DNA from: Blasia pusilla
Lineage: Eukaryota
NCBI GenBank assembly: GCA_050084515.1
Contig: CM114271.1
Span: 4,464,001 to 4,528,000, forward strand
Direction: 5' to 3'
DNA length: 64,000 nt
Shown: positions 25,030 to 36,945 of the stretch, piece after piece
How positions within the stretch are numbered: the stretch's first letter is position 1
Layout: every line of letters starts with the position of its first letter
The notes under the pieces: model-generated
Database searches by the model: none
The model's input: only the letters and a program-made list of their open reading frames with translations
Told to the model about the DNA's origin: nothing
Made by a program: the position numbers and the translations under genes

Positions 25030-25345
25030 AGATGAAATCTTTCCCACCAAAAATTCTAAAGGATTCTCTAACATATGGGTCCAGAAATTTTTTAAAGGTG
25101 ACTTACAAGTGTCTTTTGAGTAATCCAAGAGTACTTGGCGGCTCTAAGGACTTGTGAACTGAGTAAGTTTCTAGTGGTGAATGTTGTCATAATTAATATA
25201 CCATATATAACCTAAGGGCATCCCCAATCCACCATACAAAGAGGATGGCTAGCTTATCCAAACTATCGATAGATGAAATCTTTCCCATCAAGCACTCTAA
25301 AGGATTCTTTAACATAGAGGTTTGAAAGTTTTCAAAGGTGATGGA
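25030..25345. repeat. ~242-bp tandem repeat, with a further related unit at ~18300-18520
   Basis: GATGAAATCTTTCCCA..TCTAAAGGATTCT..AAAGGTGA occurs at ~25031 and ~25273. GTAATC[CT]AAGAGTACTTGG and ACCATATATA..CTAAGGGCATC are shared between ~18345-18475 and ~25120-25240. Confidence 0.7.
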
Positions 25346-26588
25346 AAAAAACATGCACATATACATGATCTAGTATTGGATATATGATGCACCATGGGAT
25401 CTAAAAACAATTCCATTTAAGTCCATATTCTACTTATTTACATAGTAGAATATGGATGACTCATAAATATCCAATCATCCACCTATGCATGTTGTATTAT
25501 TACTCCAACACAACCATTAAATTCAATGAGAGAGTGGAATTTTTGTTTTGGTGGGATAGGAGTGAAGACTATGTATTTCTATGGATTTTTCCAATGTGGG
25601 AACTCATTGCTAAATTTCGAGTCCCAATGTGGAGATGCCCTAATAACATTGTTTCTACTATTGTTGAAGTTAGGTTTTGAGGGGGACTCTTCTTCTTATG
25701 CCTTTTGGAGACCTTGGAGTTTATTTCTCTTTGAATACCCCCTATTTAAATTATTCATAGATTCTTTCATGCACATCACTTACATAATTTATATTTTTTC
25801 TTTCAACACGTCATAATATGATGCATATTCTATGATCATCATACAGTTCACATAGTATTAAAAGGTTACATTTACTAATTTAATGTACCCCTACAACGTA
25901 AACAAGGGCATTTTAATAATCTATACTATTAAGGGATTATAAGTTATTGATTTTCCAACATCTCTCTACTTGACATATGAAAATGAGGTTGCAAGAAAAT
26001 GATTTGGTAGCAGGGGCTGAATTTTAAAAAACAAAATTTTGGGTGTATGATTATTGGTCATGTGATGTGTTATAGTATTTCTTATTCAAGAACTTTCCCA
26101 ATAATCATCTACCTTACTTAATTCAAGGAGGGAGAAAAAAAAACTAGTGTATAGCCTATGCTATGCACAAGACTAAATATCATCTGTTTGATTTTTCTTG
26201 AAAAAAATGCCTTGAAACCAAAGTAGTAAAGTATTTTCTTGCTGCATGTTGCCATGTATTAAATAGAGAGGTGTTAGCAAATCAAACAATTATCCTACTA
26301 ATATAGATTCATACTTTTTTTAAAGCCTAGCCAACTCGTTGTTGTTGAGCAAGAGTAGCATTGTGTTCTACCTTCTACTAATGAACAATCCTTTGTCGAA
26401 AAGCTTTTGCATATCGAATTATGTGGTGGTTTTTGATCCGACAGGTTTTGACTTGGTGTGTAGGACTAGTCATACTAAAGGTTTCATGACCAATTTAATA
26501 GTGAGAAATGAGGATTTAAATTATGTGGTGAGACATCTGACCAATGGATTATTCTTTTTGTAATGGAAGTTTTTTCGGCACTCACATA

Positions 26589-26948
26589 TGTTACATCCTC
26601 TAGGATGGATCGACGGAGATAGTAGGTTTTCCCCTTCGGTTTGGCTCAATGGAAGTTATATAGAGAAACTTACTATTTTGGGTAAATTTTGATTAGAAGT
26701 ATAGTTGAATTTCCACTTTGGGAAGTGGTCCTTGACCCTAGAATAGGTTAAAAACCAAGAAGGTGACGTGCGAGCATAAGTTAATATGGAGAGAGTTTGG
26801 GAGAGAAAAGGGGGTATACCTAAAGGGAGGGAGTTTTGGAATTCATTCTCTCTTTGTTGAACCTCTTGGCATAAGACGGCAGAGCTATGATCCTCGTTGC
26901 CTTATGAGTAGCCCAAGCCTCTCACTAGGAGAGTGTGTTTGGTTTGAC

Positions 26949-27009
<61 letters not shown>

Positions 27010-27179
27010 AGATGGAGTTTGCATAAGAGCTTTTGATTGATCCTGATTTGATTGGAGACATCTTGGTATATAATCGTCTCGGCGTTCAGATGCCATGAGT
27101 GAGTATGGTTTCTTACATGTTTGTATTTATAGTCGATAACAACGATGTATGTTGTGTAGCGATGTATATGCCCACTTCA
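26589..27179 (+). mobile_element. Solo LTR (TG...CA) containing a (GA)n tract
   Basis: Starts TGTTACATC and ends GATGTATGTTGTGTAGCGATGTATATGCCCACTTCA, the same terminal block as at 24972-25006 and the minus-strand copies. CATA flanks both sides (possible TSD). (GA)n at ~26951-27006. Confidence 0.72.
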
Positions 27180-27754
27180 CATATCTTTTAGATACTTTCC
27201 TGAAAATAATTGCTCACCATTCCCTAGAGAATCATCAACTCGCCCCTTTGTGTATTCCTTCTCCCTTCGTTATCATTGCTTATTTTCATCAATGCATCTC
27301 AATAGCATCATAACGAGCACAAGCATTGATGTTGATATATCGAACTGAAGTGGTTGATGACCACTCACCTCGTTGTCCATTTATATCTGACTAACCTCTA
27401 GTGTTTGTGCCATATTTTATTTCAAGCTATTAATCTCGTAACTCGTTGAGTTAGTTTTTGAGTTGACTTGTTGTAGTCTTCTTTTTGCATTCCTTTTTAT
27501 GTTTCTTGCTTCCTTCTCTTCTTAGGATGTTAGTGTCTTTCTTTTGCCTTTTTTAAGGTAAAGTAAATTCTACTCAATATATCCAAACCATTTTCTAGAG
27601 GAGGATTGTCCACTTAGAGGCGGATCTCATGGATGATTGCATAGGTCACTGCCATCCATTTTTCAAAAGTTCAACGATGCCCATGTTGCGAGAACGCTCT
27701 ACCCTAGGATCCAACCCTTAGACCTTATATTTACAACCAACAATTTTATCCCTT

Positions 27755-28245
27755 GGAATTTCGAGGCACCTGCCCAGTCGGTCAAGTCTTCTTCCACCGA
27801 CAACTGTCCATTTACCACCTGAAATTCTGAGGCACCAGCCGAGTCTGTCAAGTCTTCTACCACGGACAACCATCCATTTACCACATGGAAGTTTGAGGCA
27901 CTGCCTAGTCGGTGGAGTCCGAAGCCCATAGATTGCCGCGGTATATCATTTAATGCGAGACCGGGCAACGTGGACGCGGGCATGCAATTGAGGGGGGAAT
28001 GCCATGACGATAAGTGCAGCAGGATTCGGACCTGGACCTTAGTGCTCGCACTCTATGACCCTATCCGCTATCCTACTAGCAAGTCATCGTGTTAAGCAGG
28101 GGCTTTGTTATTTAGCTCCAAAATTTTTTTTTAACTACCTGCCCGCTGTCTTCTACTATCGACAACTGTCCATATACCACGTGGAATTCCGAGGCACCTG
28201 CCCAGCCGGTCAAGTCTTCTACCACCGACAACTGTCCGTCCATTC
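27755..28245. repeat. 66-bp direct repeats upstream of the BCD1-like gene
   Basis: GAGGCAC occurs at 27763, 27829 and 27895 (period 66) and again at 28191. Unit approximately GAGGCACCTGCCCAGTCGGTCAAGTCTTCTACCACCGACAACTGTCCATTTACCACxTGGAATTC. Confidence 0.85.
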
Positions 28246-28946
28246 TTTTGTTATGAGTCGTACTATTAATGCTGGATAGGGCAACAGGCGAACCTGGCTC
28301 ACCGACCCTCACCTTCTGCGACGTCGCGTTGTTCCGATCGCGATCGTCGTGGAAAAACAGCGCGACGTCGCGACAGCGAAGTCTGGAGGACTAGGGCTTA
28401 CAAGTTTTCTCTGGAAGTTCGAACGTTTGAGGAGGCGAGGAGTTGTAGATTCGGACAATTTCACAGAACATGGGCTTCCCTTCTCCAATAGTGTAGCTCG
28501 GATGTTTGATATCGGCCGCCTCAAGGTTGAGAATAGCATTCCAGTTTCGCATCTCCGGTTCCTTAGCGCGTCGTAGGCATGGAACGCGAATCCAAAAATT
28601 TTATGTGGAGAGGTTGGCAACAAATTTGCGGTCCTTTTAGTCCCGCGGAAGTGTCGGGGGTATTTCTGCCATCTATCTAAATCGCTTCTGTGTATTGCGC
28701 TCGACTTTCAATTTGTGATCTTCCGAAATTAGTTTGGTCTTTGGCTTTCCTTCCAGCTACTGAATCTTGAATTTTTGTTCATTTCATATTTTGTTTACGC
28801 TTGCAGTGAGATTTCTGCTGATTAAGGCATCGCGAGGGAGCTGGTGATGCAAATTCGCGTGAGACAGAGCGAAGTGGCGGTGCTCGCGACCTTGGAGCGT
28901 AGCTACTGCTGAATTTTCAGAGCCGATCATCAGATTATCGGGTTAT

Positions 28947-30569
28947 ATGATGCCTTCGGCGGCGATTTTCAGTCCCGTTGAGGAGTCGTGTTCTGGAGAG
29001 GGCTCGGAGGAGATAGTAGCGGTGAAGGAGAGGTGCGAGGAATGTAGCGTTGAGGAAGCTAAGTATCGGTGCCCGGGCTGTGATTTGCGGTCCTGTGGTG
29101 TGCAGTGTGTGAAAGCGCACAAAGAGCGTACAAAGTGCAACGGAAAGCGGAAGCGCACCTCTTTTGTCAACATCAATCACTACGATGACAATTGGCTCAT
29201 TTCTGATTACAATCTCTTGGAGGAGACACTGAGACAAGCAGATGCTGCGAAGCGACTCAGAGAACCATTGGCTGCAAGCAAGAATGAGCTTCACCCCGCC
29301 CTCAAGGCATTGCAGAAGCAGGCGAAGAGTAGATCCACCACGCTTCTGTATGTTGCTCATGGGATGACAAGGAGAAAGACCAACACATCTTATTACGACA
29401 GAAAGTAAGTCCAGTTCCACTGATCGGTGTTATCTTAACCACAGTGTCCCATGAGCGATTTCTCGGTTTTAATTCTCAGACCCTTGAAAGTCTGAACAGT
29501 TAGAAGCCAGCGAGCTCAGCCACTTCCTGTGACCTAAACCCCTTCCTATCCCTTAGAGTGATGTGGAGCTTACTCTCTCCATCGGTTCCCCTTAAGATGC
29601 ACGTTTCGATTTTGGGTGAGAATCTTTACACAACCAGTCCGATTCTGATCTTGTGGTGGTCGATTCCCTGATTCTCCAAGGTTGATTTCTCGGTAGCCTT
29701 GTGCTCCACCCCATTTTAATTCATGCCTCTTCCTCAGGACCAAGCGCATATTCTGGAGAGTCGAGTGGGTCTTTGAAGGAACAGATCTCCGACTTGTGGA
29801 CGAAAGGTGAGTTTGTTCTCCCATTACCTCCTGTGATAAGCTGTGAGGGTGGGAGATGTGATGGGAATCTAGTTTTGGACGAATTTTTCCTTGAGTGAGT
29901 CGAATGTCGCAAGCAATTATTGCCACTTTGGGGAGCAGAGTTTGAACGCACGTCTCTTGTATTTGTGCGCAGAGTGGATGAGAATCTGAATCTAGGAGAT
30001 GTGCTTGCGAAGCACTTGACCCACGAAGGAGAAACCGCAATGGTAGGACATCGGTTGAGGAACTTTCGGTGGCAGCCATTAAGTGAACTCAAGTTGGTGT
30101 TGCCGAAAGAACAGTGCTCGGTATGAGTTCGAATCTCTGGTCTCAATAGTAGGAAGTTTGAACATTGCCTTAAATCCATCCGAACAAAACTGCAGAATTT
30201 TTTTCTTCTTGTGCGCATCTCAAGTACGCAATAAACTCCTCTTAGCATTTGTGTGACTCTCCTAATATCGTCGAGGATCATGCAATGCAGGCAGCAAATA
30301 AGGAATACTATGGCCTCAGTCTGACAGAAACACTCCGAGATCAGTTAGCAGACAAGTCCATCATAGAGTATCCTATCATCCATGTTCTTCTTCCTGCGGC
30401 TGCCGGGAAGTACGCACTTGTGGTGAAGCCACCTCCCAAAGTGCCCGATCAAGCACCGGAAGATGTGCCCTCCACTCCAACCCTTCAAGAACCTGAAGGG
30501 GTGCCCTTACGGGAGGAAGAGTTTGAGGAGGGTGAATGTGAAATTGAGGAAGGTGAAATTCTCCCCTAA
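28947..30569 (+). CDS. BCD1: zf-HIT box C/D snoRNA assembly protein (BCD1/ZNHIT6-like), 4 coding exons
   Basis: zf-HIT CEECSVEEAKYRCPGCDLRSCGVQCVKAHKERTKC, followed by LISDYNLLEE, GMTRRKTNTSYYD, IFWRVEWVF and TLRDQLADKSIIEYPIIHV. Exons 28947-29404, 29738-29806, 29973-30120 and 30291-30569 join in frame across GT-AG introns. Confidence 0.9.
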
Positions 30570-31077
30570 GAGGCGAGTTAGGTGATCTTTCGGTGAATGT
30601 GAAGTGAGCGAGTAGTCCGTCGTTGTGGGCACCAGTGATTGAATCCCTGTGTGTTAGGAGTGTCCTTTTTGGCTACCATTATATTGACCATGGACAGACA
30701 CATCAGGTCAAAGAGAGAAAGCGAGGAGAAGAGTAGAGGGAGCCGTGATAGTGCGGCTAGACAGCCAAACCTTTGCTGGCGGAGCAGAAAGTAAGTCGCA
30801 AGCAATTTGGCAAGGTACAAAGTCTTGGTCGAAGGTAGTATTAATGTAATTAATCATGAAATGTCGTCTAGTTGGATTCAAATGAATACTGTACAATAAA
30901 CAGCACTCACACATTGGGTTGCATCTGCTCCAAGCTAAATGACCATGATATATGTATGATTGTCAGAGTTTTATTATGCACTCAACAACCTTAGGTCATA
31001 ACTCTAATAGATCATAATGCTCTTAGACCCTTTTTGTGTGGATAATAAAGGTTTCAAACTGAATGCAAAAAATGAAT

Positions 31078-34000
31078 TTAAAACTTTGGGGATGGGGATT
31101 GACTGGCACAACCAAAAGCCTTGTCAAGAACAAGCAAGTTGAGCCACTTAAAGACTCTATTCACTACGTCTGCAGCAGCTGCATTGGATGCCAACAACGC
31201 AGCTTCTCTCCTAATACTTAGAAATCTCCCGTTGTCAAACAACCTTTGCATTATATCATATAAACCATCCTCGCCAGACACCTGCCAGAGTTCAATCAGA
31301 TTCCACAAGATTTAGGCAACTCACTCCAATAGCACTAAATCCAAATAGGCCAATAGTAAGGAAACTATGTGGTGAAGATCAGAGAGAAATAGTAAAGAAG
31401 ATGAAAGTTTATCGTGCAGCGGTTAAAAGCTGACCTGTTCAACAGCCAAGGCAGAATGCCTCTGCATCTCTGCTACCATTTCTTGAAAGTGCCCTACATG
31501 TTGTCCTGCAGGAAAGTAAGAATGGTGAGTGAAAACTAAAGCCGACGCACAGTAGTCACGAGAGGTATCATGTGACCAGCCTGATATCTTATCAGCCAAA
31601 AAAAATCCATGCCATGTTTTGTCTTTGATTCAACATGGCATGGATATTTTTGTATAGTGTAAGAAGTTTCAACATGGCATGGATATTTTTGTATAGTGTA
31701 AGAAGTTTAGAATGCCATTTTCCAAATGAAACCAAGAAAACGGTTTCAGCATACTTCTTTCTGGTTTCTTATAATGGCCATTACCTGTAATCACCGCACA
31801 TCCTGCGGAGGCTGGTTCTGCTATATTGTGGCCCTGTAGACCTTCAAAAAGAGATCCTCCCACAAATGCCATTGTCACTAAGTGATAGAATATTGCCAAT
31901 TCACCTGCATGGTCAATGATCTCTGGGTGAGGCAAAGAAGAAATCAAACTTTTTCAATCAATATAAACCAAGAGAATCCAAGAAATTGTGTCTTAATGAT
32001 AAACATGCATCACTGCAATTGCATTAAGCAGCGCACCCAATGTGTCTGCTATGTACACGTCTGTGGTTGATGTAATGGGTTCCTTGACTGATCGTCTGGA
32101 AACCTCAAGTGGATATTCCTCTCTTATTTCCTGGAAGAAAAGGGAGATGCAAATGAGAGTCTTTCTCCAGATTTGATGGACTTCCCTCCAAATAAATCCA
32201 AGAAAATGGAGAAGTAAGAACCATTTTCTAACTTGGACATACGAAATTTGAATTAATTCCGTTTTTGTACAAAACCCTCATAATTGAAACTCGATGCAGT
32301 ATGACACTAGGAAAATAGCTCCAAGTGCATGCATACAATCAAGAAGCCAGACTCCTTACCTATATGGTGCTTTATATGCTTAAAAAAGAGACATCCACTA
32401 TGAATTTTATTTTTGTATGATTTACACATGTCAGTGAAGAAAACGTCCACAATGCAACTGATGGTTTCACAAGTCAATCAGAAGTACAAGGCTCACATGT
32501 TTTATACTCAGCCCACGGTCTGGATGCCTAGGGGCAATTATGGTCAGGAGATTTGGGAACATCCTCTTCAATTTCTTGTGGATTGATACCACCACTTCAC
32601 AGAACCAATCCAACCACTTGAGCATCAGTATTTCCCTCAACTTCGAACAAAGTCCTAGCAGTTGTCACCACTGCCAAAGAACACTAACCTACTGCCATCC
32701 ACAAAGAACAGTTTTGCCTTGATCGTTAGAAACGAAATCAGTCCTAGTTTTCACTAATAATTAGACCCCTTTTTCTGACAGTTATTTCTAGGTTGCTTAC
32801 AACTATACACAGGCTTGAAATCCAGTTATGGCAATACTATAAGAATGCATTCCAAATCTTAGGTCAATTCCTCAAAGAGCCTATACAAGCCAATTTCAGC
32901 TCTTAATGAGAGCCAGGCAGTGAAATACAGTCATTAGGGCTGTGTTGTACCTTTCTCCTCTCCTGGATGCGTGGAAGCAGCCAGCCAGACACGGCGACCA
33001 AGCAGTTGTCTTCGTAATTCATGGTAAACGGGGCCATCTATACTAGCAAAATCCATTGCTCCTGAAGCTATACATCGATGTCACTGATCATAAGTGGTTA
33101 AAGTCTTCTTGACGCGCAAAAGGGTTTTTCTTGGGTCACCCCATAAATCATTATTCTATGTGAAAATGATTTATGGGGTGAAGAAATGAACGTTAATTAT
33201 TCAATGAAATAATGAAATGTATAAATATTCACTATAGGGTGAAGACATGAAGATTGCACGTCCTTGGCCTGTAGGACAAAGACAAGATTTTGTTCACGTT
33301 AACCTCAATGTAGCTTCCATGTAGACGTATCAATCATCTGCAGAAGCAAACACATGGCACTAGCACACTCACCGTACTTGAGATTTCCCCCGAAGTGCAC
33401 TTGCAGGGGCAGCACTCCCAAATTTTGGTACCGCATGGCCTCCTTGTTGTTCTGCTATAACAAAAAATTGTGTCAATCAAATGCAACCTTCATCTGAAAC
33501 AGGTTGACAAGGATGCCACACTGAATATATCTGTTTGCACACGCTTCCAGACGGGGGGCCTTGGAGACTTATCTGGTGAGTTAAAATGGCTATCCAATTC
33601 ATGTTGAAACCGTATAGGATGTTCATATCGTTGATTTCTTACAACTGTGACAAATTTGTGTTTGCAGTGGGAAATGAATGGTGTTCAAAACGAAATACAA
33701 ACTTACCATAGGCGCTATGAGAGAGAACTTGGACAAAAGCTCCTCTGCAAGGCCCCTTGCAGGAGACAATGACCACCTCCAAAATGATAGGGGAGACATT
33801 CGAGCATTCAGCAATGCCAAGAGTATCTAAAACATAGCACAGATCATCGTCTCATGATGTGTCGCGATATCCAGGGATCAAAGTCATGGCAAGACAAAGA
33901 AATTATTAAAGAGATACTATATAGGCCATTGAAATGACCCAGAAAGAGGAAAGAAGAGTTACACACCCCTCTCTTTGAAGATGCTAATATAAGATTGGGC

Positions 34001-35961
34001 CATAATTCACTCTCCATGAAAACCGCTGCCTGAGGCTGCCAATAAGCCAGGAATCTCTCCACAGCAGAGGGAGTGTCGACAGGTGCAAACTGTAGATATT
34101 CCATTGTAAGTGTTGAAGCTTACACATCTATCTACTAAATACTCCAAGAAGGAACTCACCTAGCCAGGGCAATATATGAAAACTGTTATGTCTGCTATGT
34201 TCGTATAACTACTAATCCAATGTGAGCAAATTTCAGGAGTGCAGCACAACACTATAGTAAGTCTCCGTTGAACTTGACCTAAATTAGTAACTGTCTAATA
34301 GTTTACTTACTTTTCTAACCAAACCACCACACAAATCTCAATAGCCTCCAGCATGACTATACTTGAGCTAAACCAGCATTGAACTGTTTTTGGAGGTATA
34401 CATAATTAGTAGCTTCTGATTCAATCTTGTCTCTTTGTGGAGAATGAGAGAAAACCAGAAAATCTAAATCTAATCACTTCTTGCACTCACTTCCAAAGGA
34501 ACCCGAGTGCGCGCCATTTGGTGACAGAGCCATCTGTGTCAGATGAACGACGTCTACCCTCTATTGAACTTTGAGTTGATACATATTTCACGTGTATACA
34601 CGGGAAGGAAGTTACTGACTGCCACATGATCTACATGCCATTTTTTGGAGAAGGGGAAACACCTGGCATAGCACCCCTTGTGGAAGAATCTTTTCAAGAA
34701 TTGAGCTGCACTGAGCCAAATCAGGCCAAGGTGTCAAAGGGCTGAAATAAAAAGAAAACTGAGCAGATCACATCACAGTTCAAAACAAATAGGAATAGAG
34801 AAAGCTTTGGACTTCACAAACCTCAGTCAACAAACATGTCTACTAATTCCTCATGTGTACAAAGAGGCTAGATTGTCTTATCAGTAGATCCGTGTCATTA
34901 AGACCATGAGATAAAATCAGAAGAATTTGACATTGCAATCAACTGGGGTTGGAAAAATGAACTGCTTATTATATCCAACCATGAGGATTTATTTGGTAGA
35001 AACTCACAACGCTGTGATAGTGGAGGTTGTCATCAATATGTTCAAACTGGGTCGAACTAGCAGGCATTTTTTGATCAAGGGAAGTGCTTCCATTCCCTCA
35101 CCTGACGAAGACAATTGCAAACGTTCCGTACATAAGCCATCTGTAACAAATCCTCGAGATTCCCTTAGAACAAGTTTTTGTCAATAAGAATATATTTCAG
35201 AAGTCCTGTATAATGCCCAGTTTCTACGTTGGAGACCAGCTCCATATAAGCTGATAACGTACTCCGCCTCTACTATGCAGACAAGGCAGATGGAACGGAC
35301 AACTGATCAATTACTCAGGACCGTTGCACTCTGTTACTACGAGCAGGGTTGAACATCATGGATTTTTTGCTTCAGAACCCTCATTTGATAACAACGAAAA
35401 TTTTACGGTAATTTACTTCATTCATGAGAACTCATACAACTATGCGGGATTGTTTGCCCAACCCTCAGCTGCAGTCTATCGTCACGTTTAGGTTGTATCC
35501 GGAACACCAGCACAGAAGATTGCCCCATGAAAACTCTGTCAGGTGTGTTCGTTCTCGGAATTCTTCTCGAGCTGATTTAAATATTTCACATAAGAAGAGA
35601 CTTTTGTACTCTGCAGAATCGCAACGAAGCATAGAAGTTGAAGAATCTCAGAATTCCAGCTACGCGAGTGCTGGCTGGGCAAGCGGTTTGAATAAGTTGG
35701 CAGCAAATCTATAATCTTGATATATCCTTACGTTCATTCTCTACATTTGAAAAAATCGCTGAAACCACGAAACTCACCTAAGGACACCGCGTGAAACCAA
35801 ACGAGAGGACCTATCGGCCTCATAGCAGATGCATAGCCTTGTCTTTCGGATCCATATTTGGCGGGCCCGATTCCACACATCCGGCGCCCATGTAAGTGTA
35901 GCATCACAAACGGTCCCAGCGCCGCTGTAATCAATGAATAAAGACTCGCCGCCTTCCCCAT
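31078..35961 (-). CDS. KDTA: 3-deoxy-D-manno-octulosonic acid (Kdo) transferase, WaaA/KdtA family, multi-exon
   Basis: Exon peptides LVWFHAVSLGE, NILMTTSTITA, FAPVDTPSAVERFLAYWQPQAAVFMESELWPNLI, ALLNARMS, GGNLKY, VWLAASTHPGEEK, IIAPRHP and AFVGGSL...GHNIAEPASAGCAVITG are hallmark WaaA motifs. Confidence 0.92.
31605..31706. repeat. 14-bp inverted repeat adjoining a 39-bp tandem duplication (intronic)
   Basis: ATCCATGCCATGTT pairs with AACATGGCATGGAT. TTCAACATGGCATGGATATTTTTGTATAGTGTAAGAAGT is present twice. Confidence 0.85.
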
Positions 35962-36712
35962 CTTTAATCCTCACCACTACTCCTTCCTTCCTAACCACGA
36001 CGCGACGTCTTTCCTGGTTCCGCTTGAAAACACAGCCTCCACACCATCACAGCACCTCCTTCGACATCTCCGCCGTGCTTTCAGGGCGGCAGACTTCTAC
36101 ATCAGCGGCTCTTCGTTTACTCACCGAGCAGGAGCCCGAAGAAATTACCTCAAGCGAGGCAGAAAGTAGACCTGCGCAAGTCATCCCCGGGGAAAAAATT
36201 AAAGACATTCAGGAAATTTTTTTTTCAAGATCTTCAAGTGTTTTCACAGATATCAACGAACTCTCCCGACAATCTCCACATCGCACGAAATCCAACGCAG
36301 AAAATTCCCGAACGTGGCATGCATTCACCTTGGCTCTGCTGCCACTCGTTTCTTCTCTCCACACGCCATTCCTCGCAACTCTCGCCGTGTACATGCTCCG
36401 ACGAATGCTGGGAAGTCGATTGATTTCCAAAGCCGCGCGGCCATTGACAGCAAATACAAATGAGAGCAACAGAATAAATGATTGATGAAAGCGAGAAACA
36501 GAGGAAAGAGAAAGAGAGAGAGAGACATGAATGAATGGTAAAATGATTCAGAGGACACGACTCGTGGAGGTGGCGAAACACAGGAGTGGAATAGCGTGAT
36601 GGTTAGTGAGGTTCCAAAGTGGCAAAACTGGCGAAACTCCGCGCTGATAAAGAAGAAAAAAAGCCTGCATAAAGGGTTATGGGAACCCATGGGAAATATA
36701 ACAAAGGGTTTA

Positions 36713-36945
36713 GGACCCGGTCCCATGCAGCCAAGTAGTCAGCACTTTCCGGATCTTGGCTAAACCGATGGATGAGATTCATGGCACTTAAGCAGAATTC
36801 ATGCCGTTAGAACATAGGGCGCAAATATCTGTGATTTTGTTAGACCCATCAAGATTTGGCTAGAAGAAAATAACAAAGGGTTGTACGAAGGTCGCAACGA
36901 CTCTATTGCCATTGGGCACGGAGCCGATCCCATGGGACCGGGTCC
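36713..36945. mobile_element. Tourist/PIF-Harbinger-like MITE, 233 bp
   Basis: Perfect 15-bp TIRs GGACCCGGTCCCATG / CATGGGACCGGGTCC, flanked on both sides by TTA (36710-36712 and 36946-36948). Confidence 0.85.

Noticed and set aside
35934-36726. ORFs of 86-183 aa on both strands
   Set aside because: They lie in the KDTA 5' leader/promoter and have no recognisable domain.
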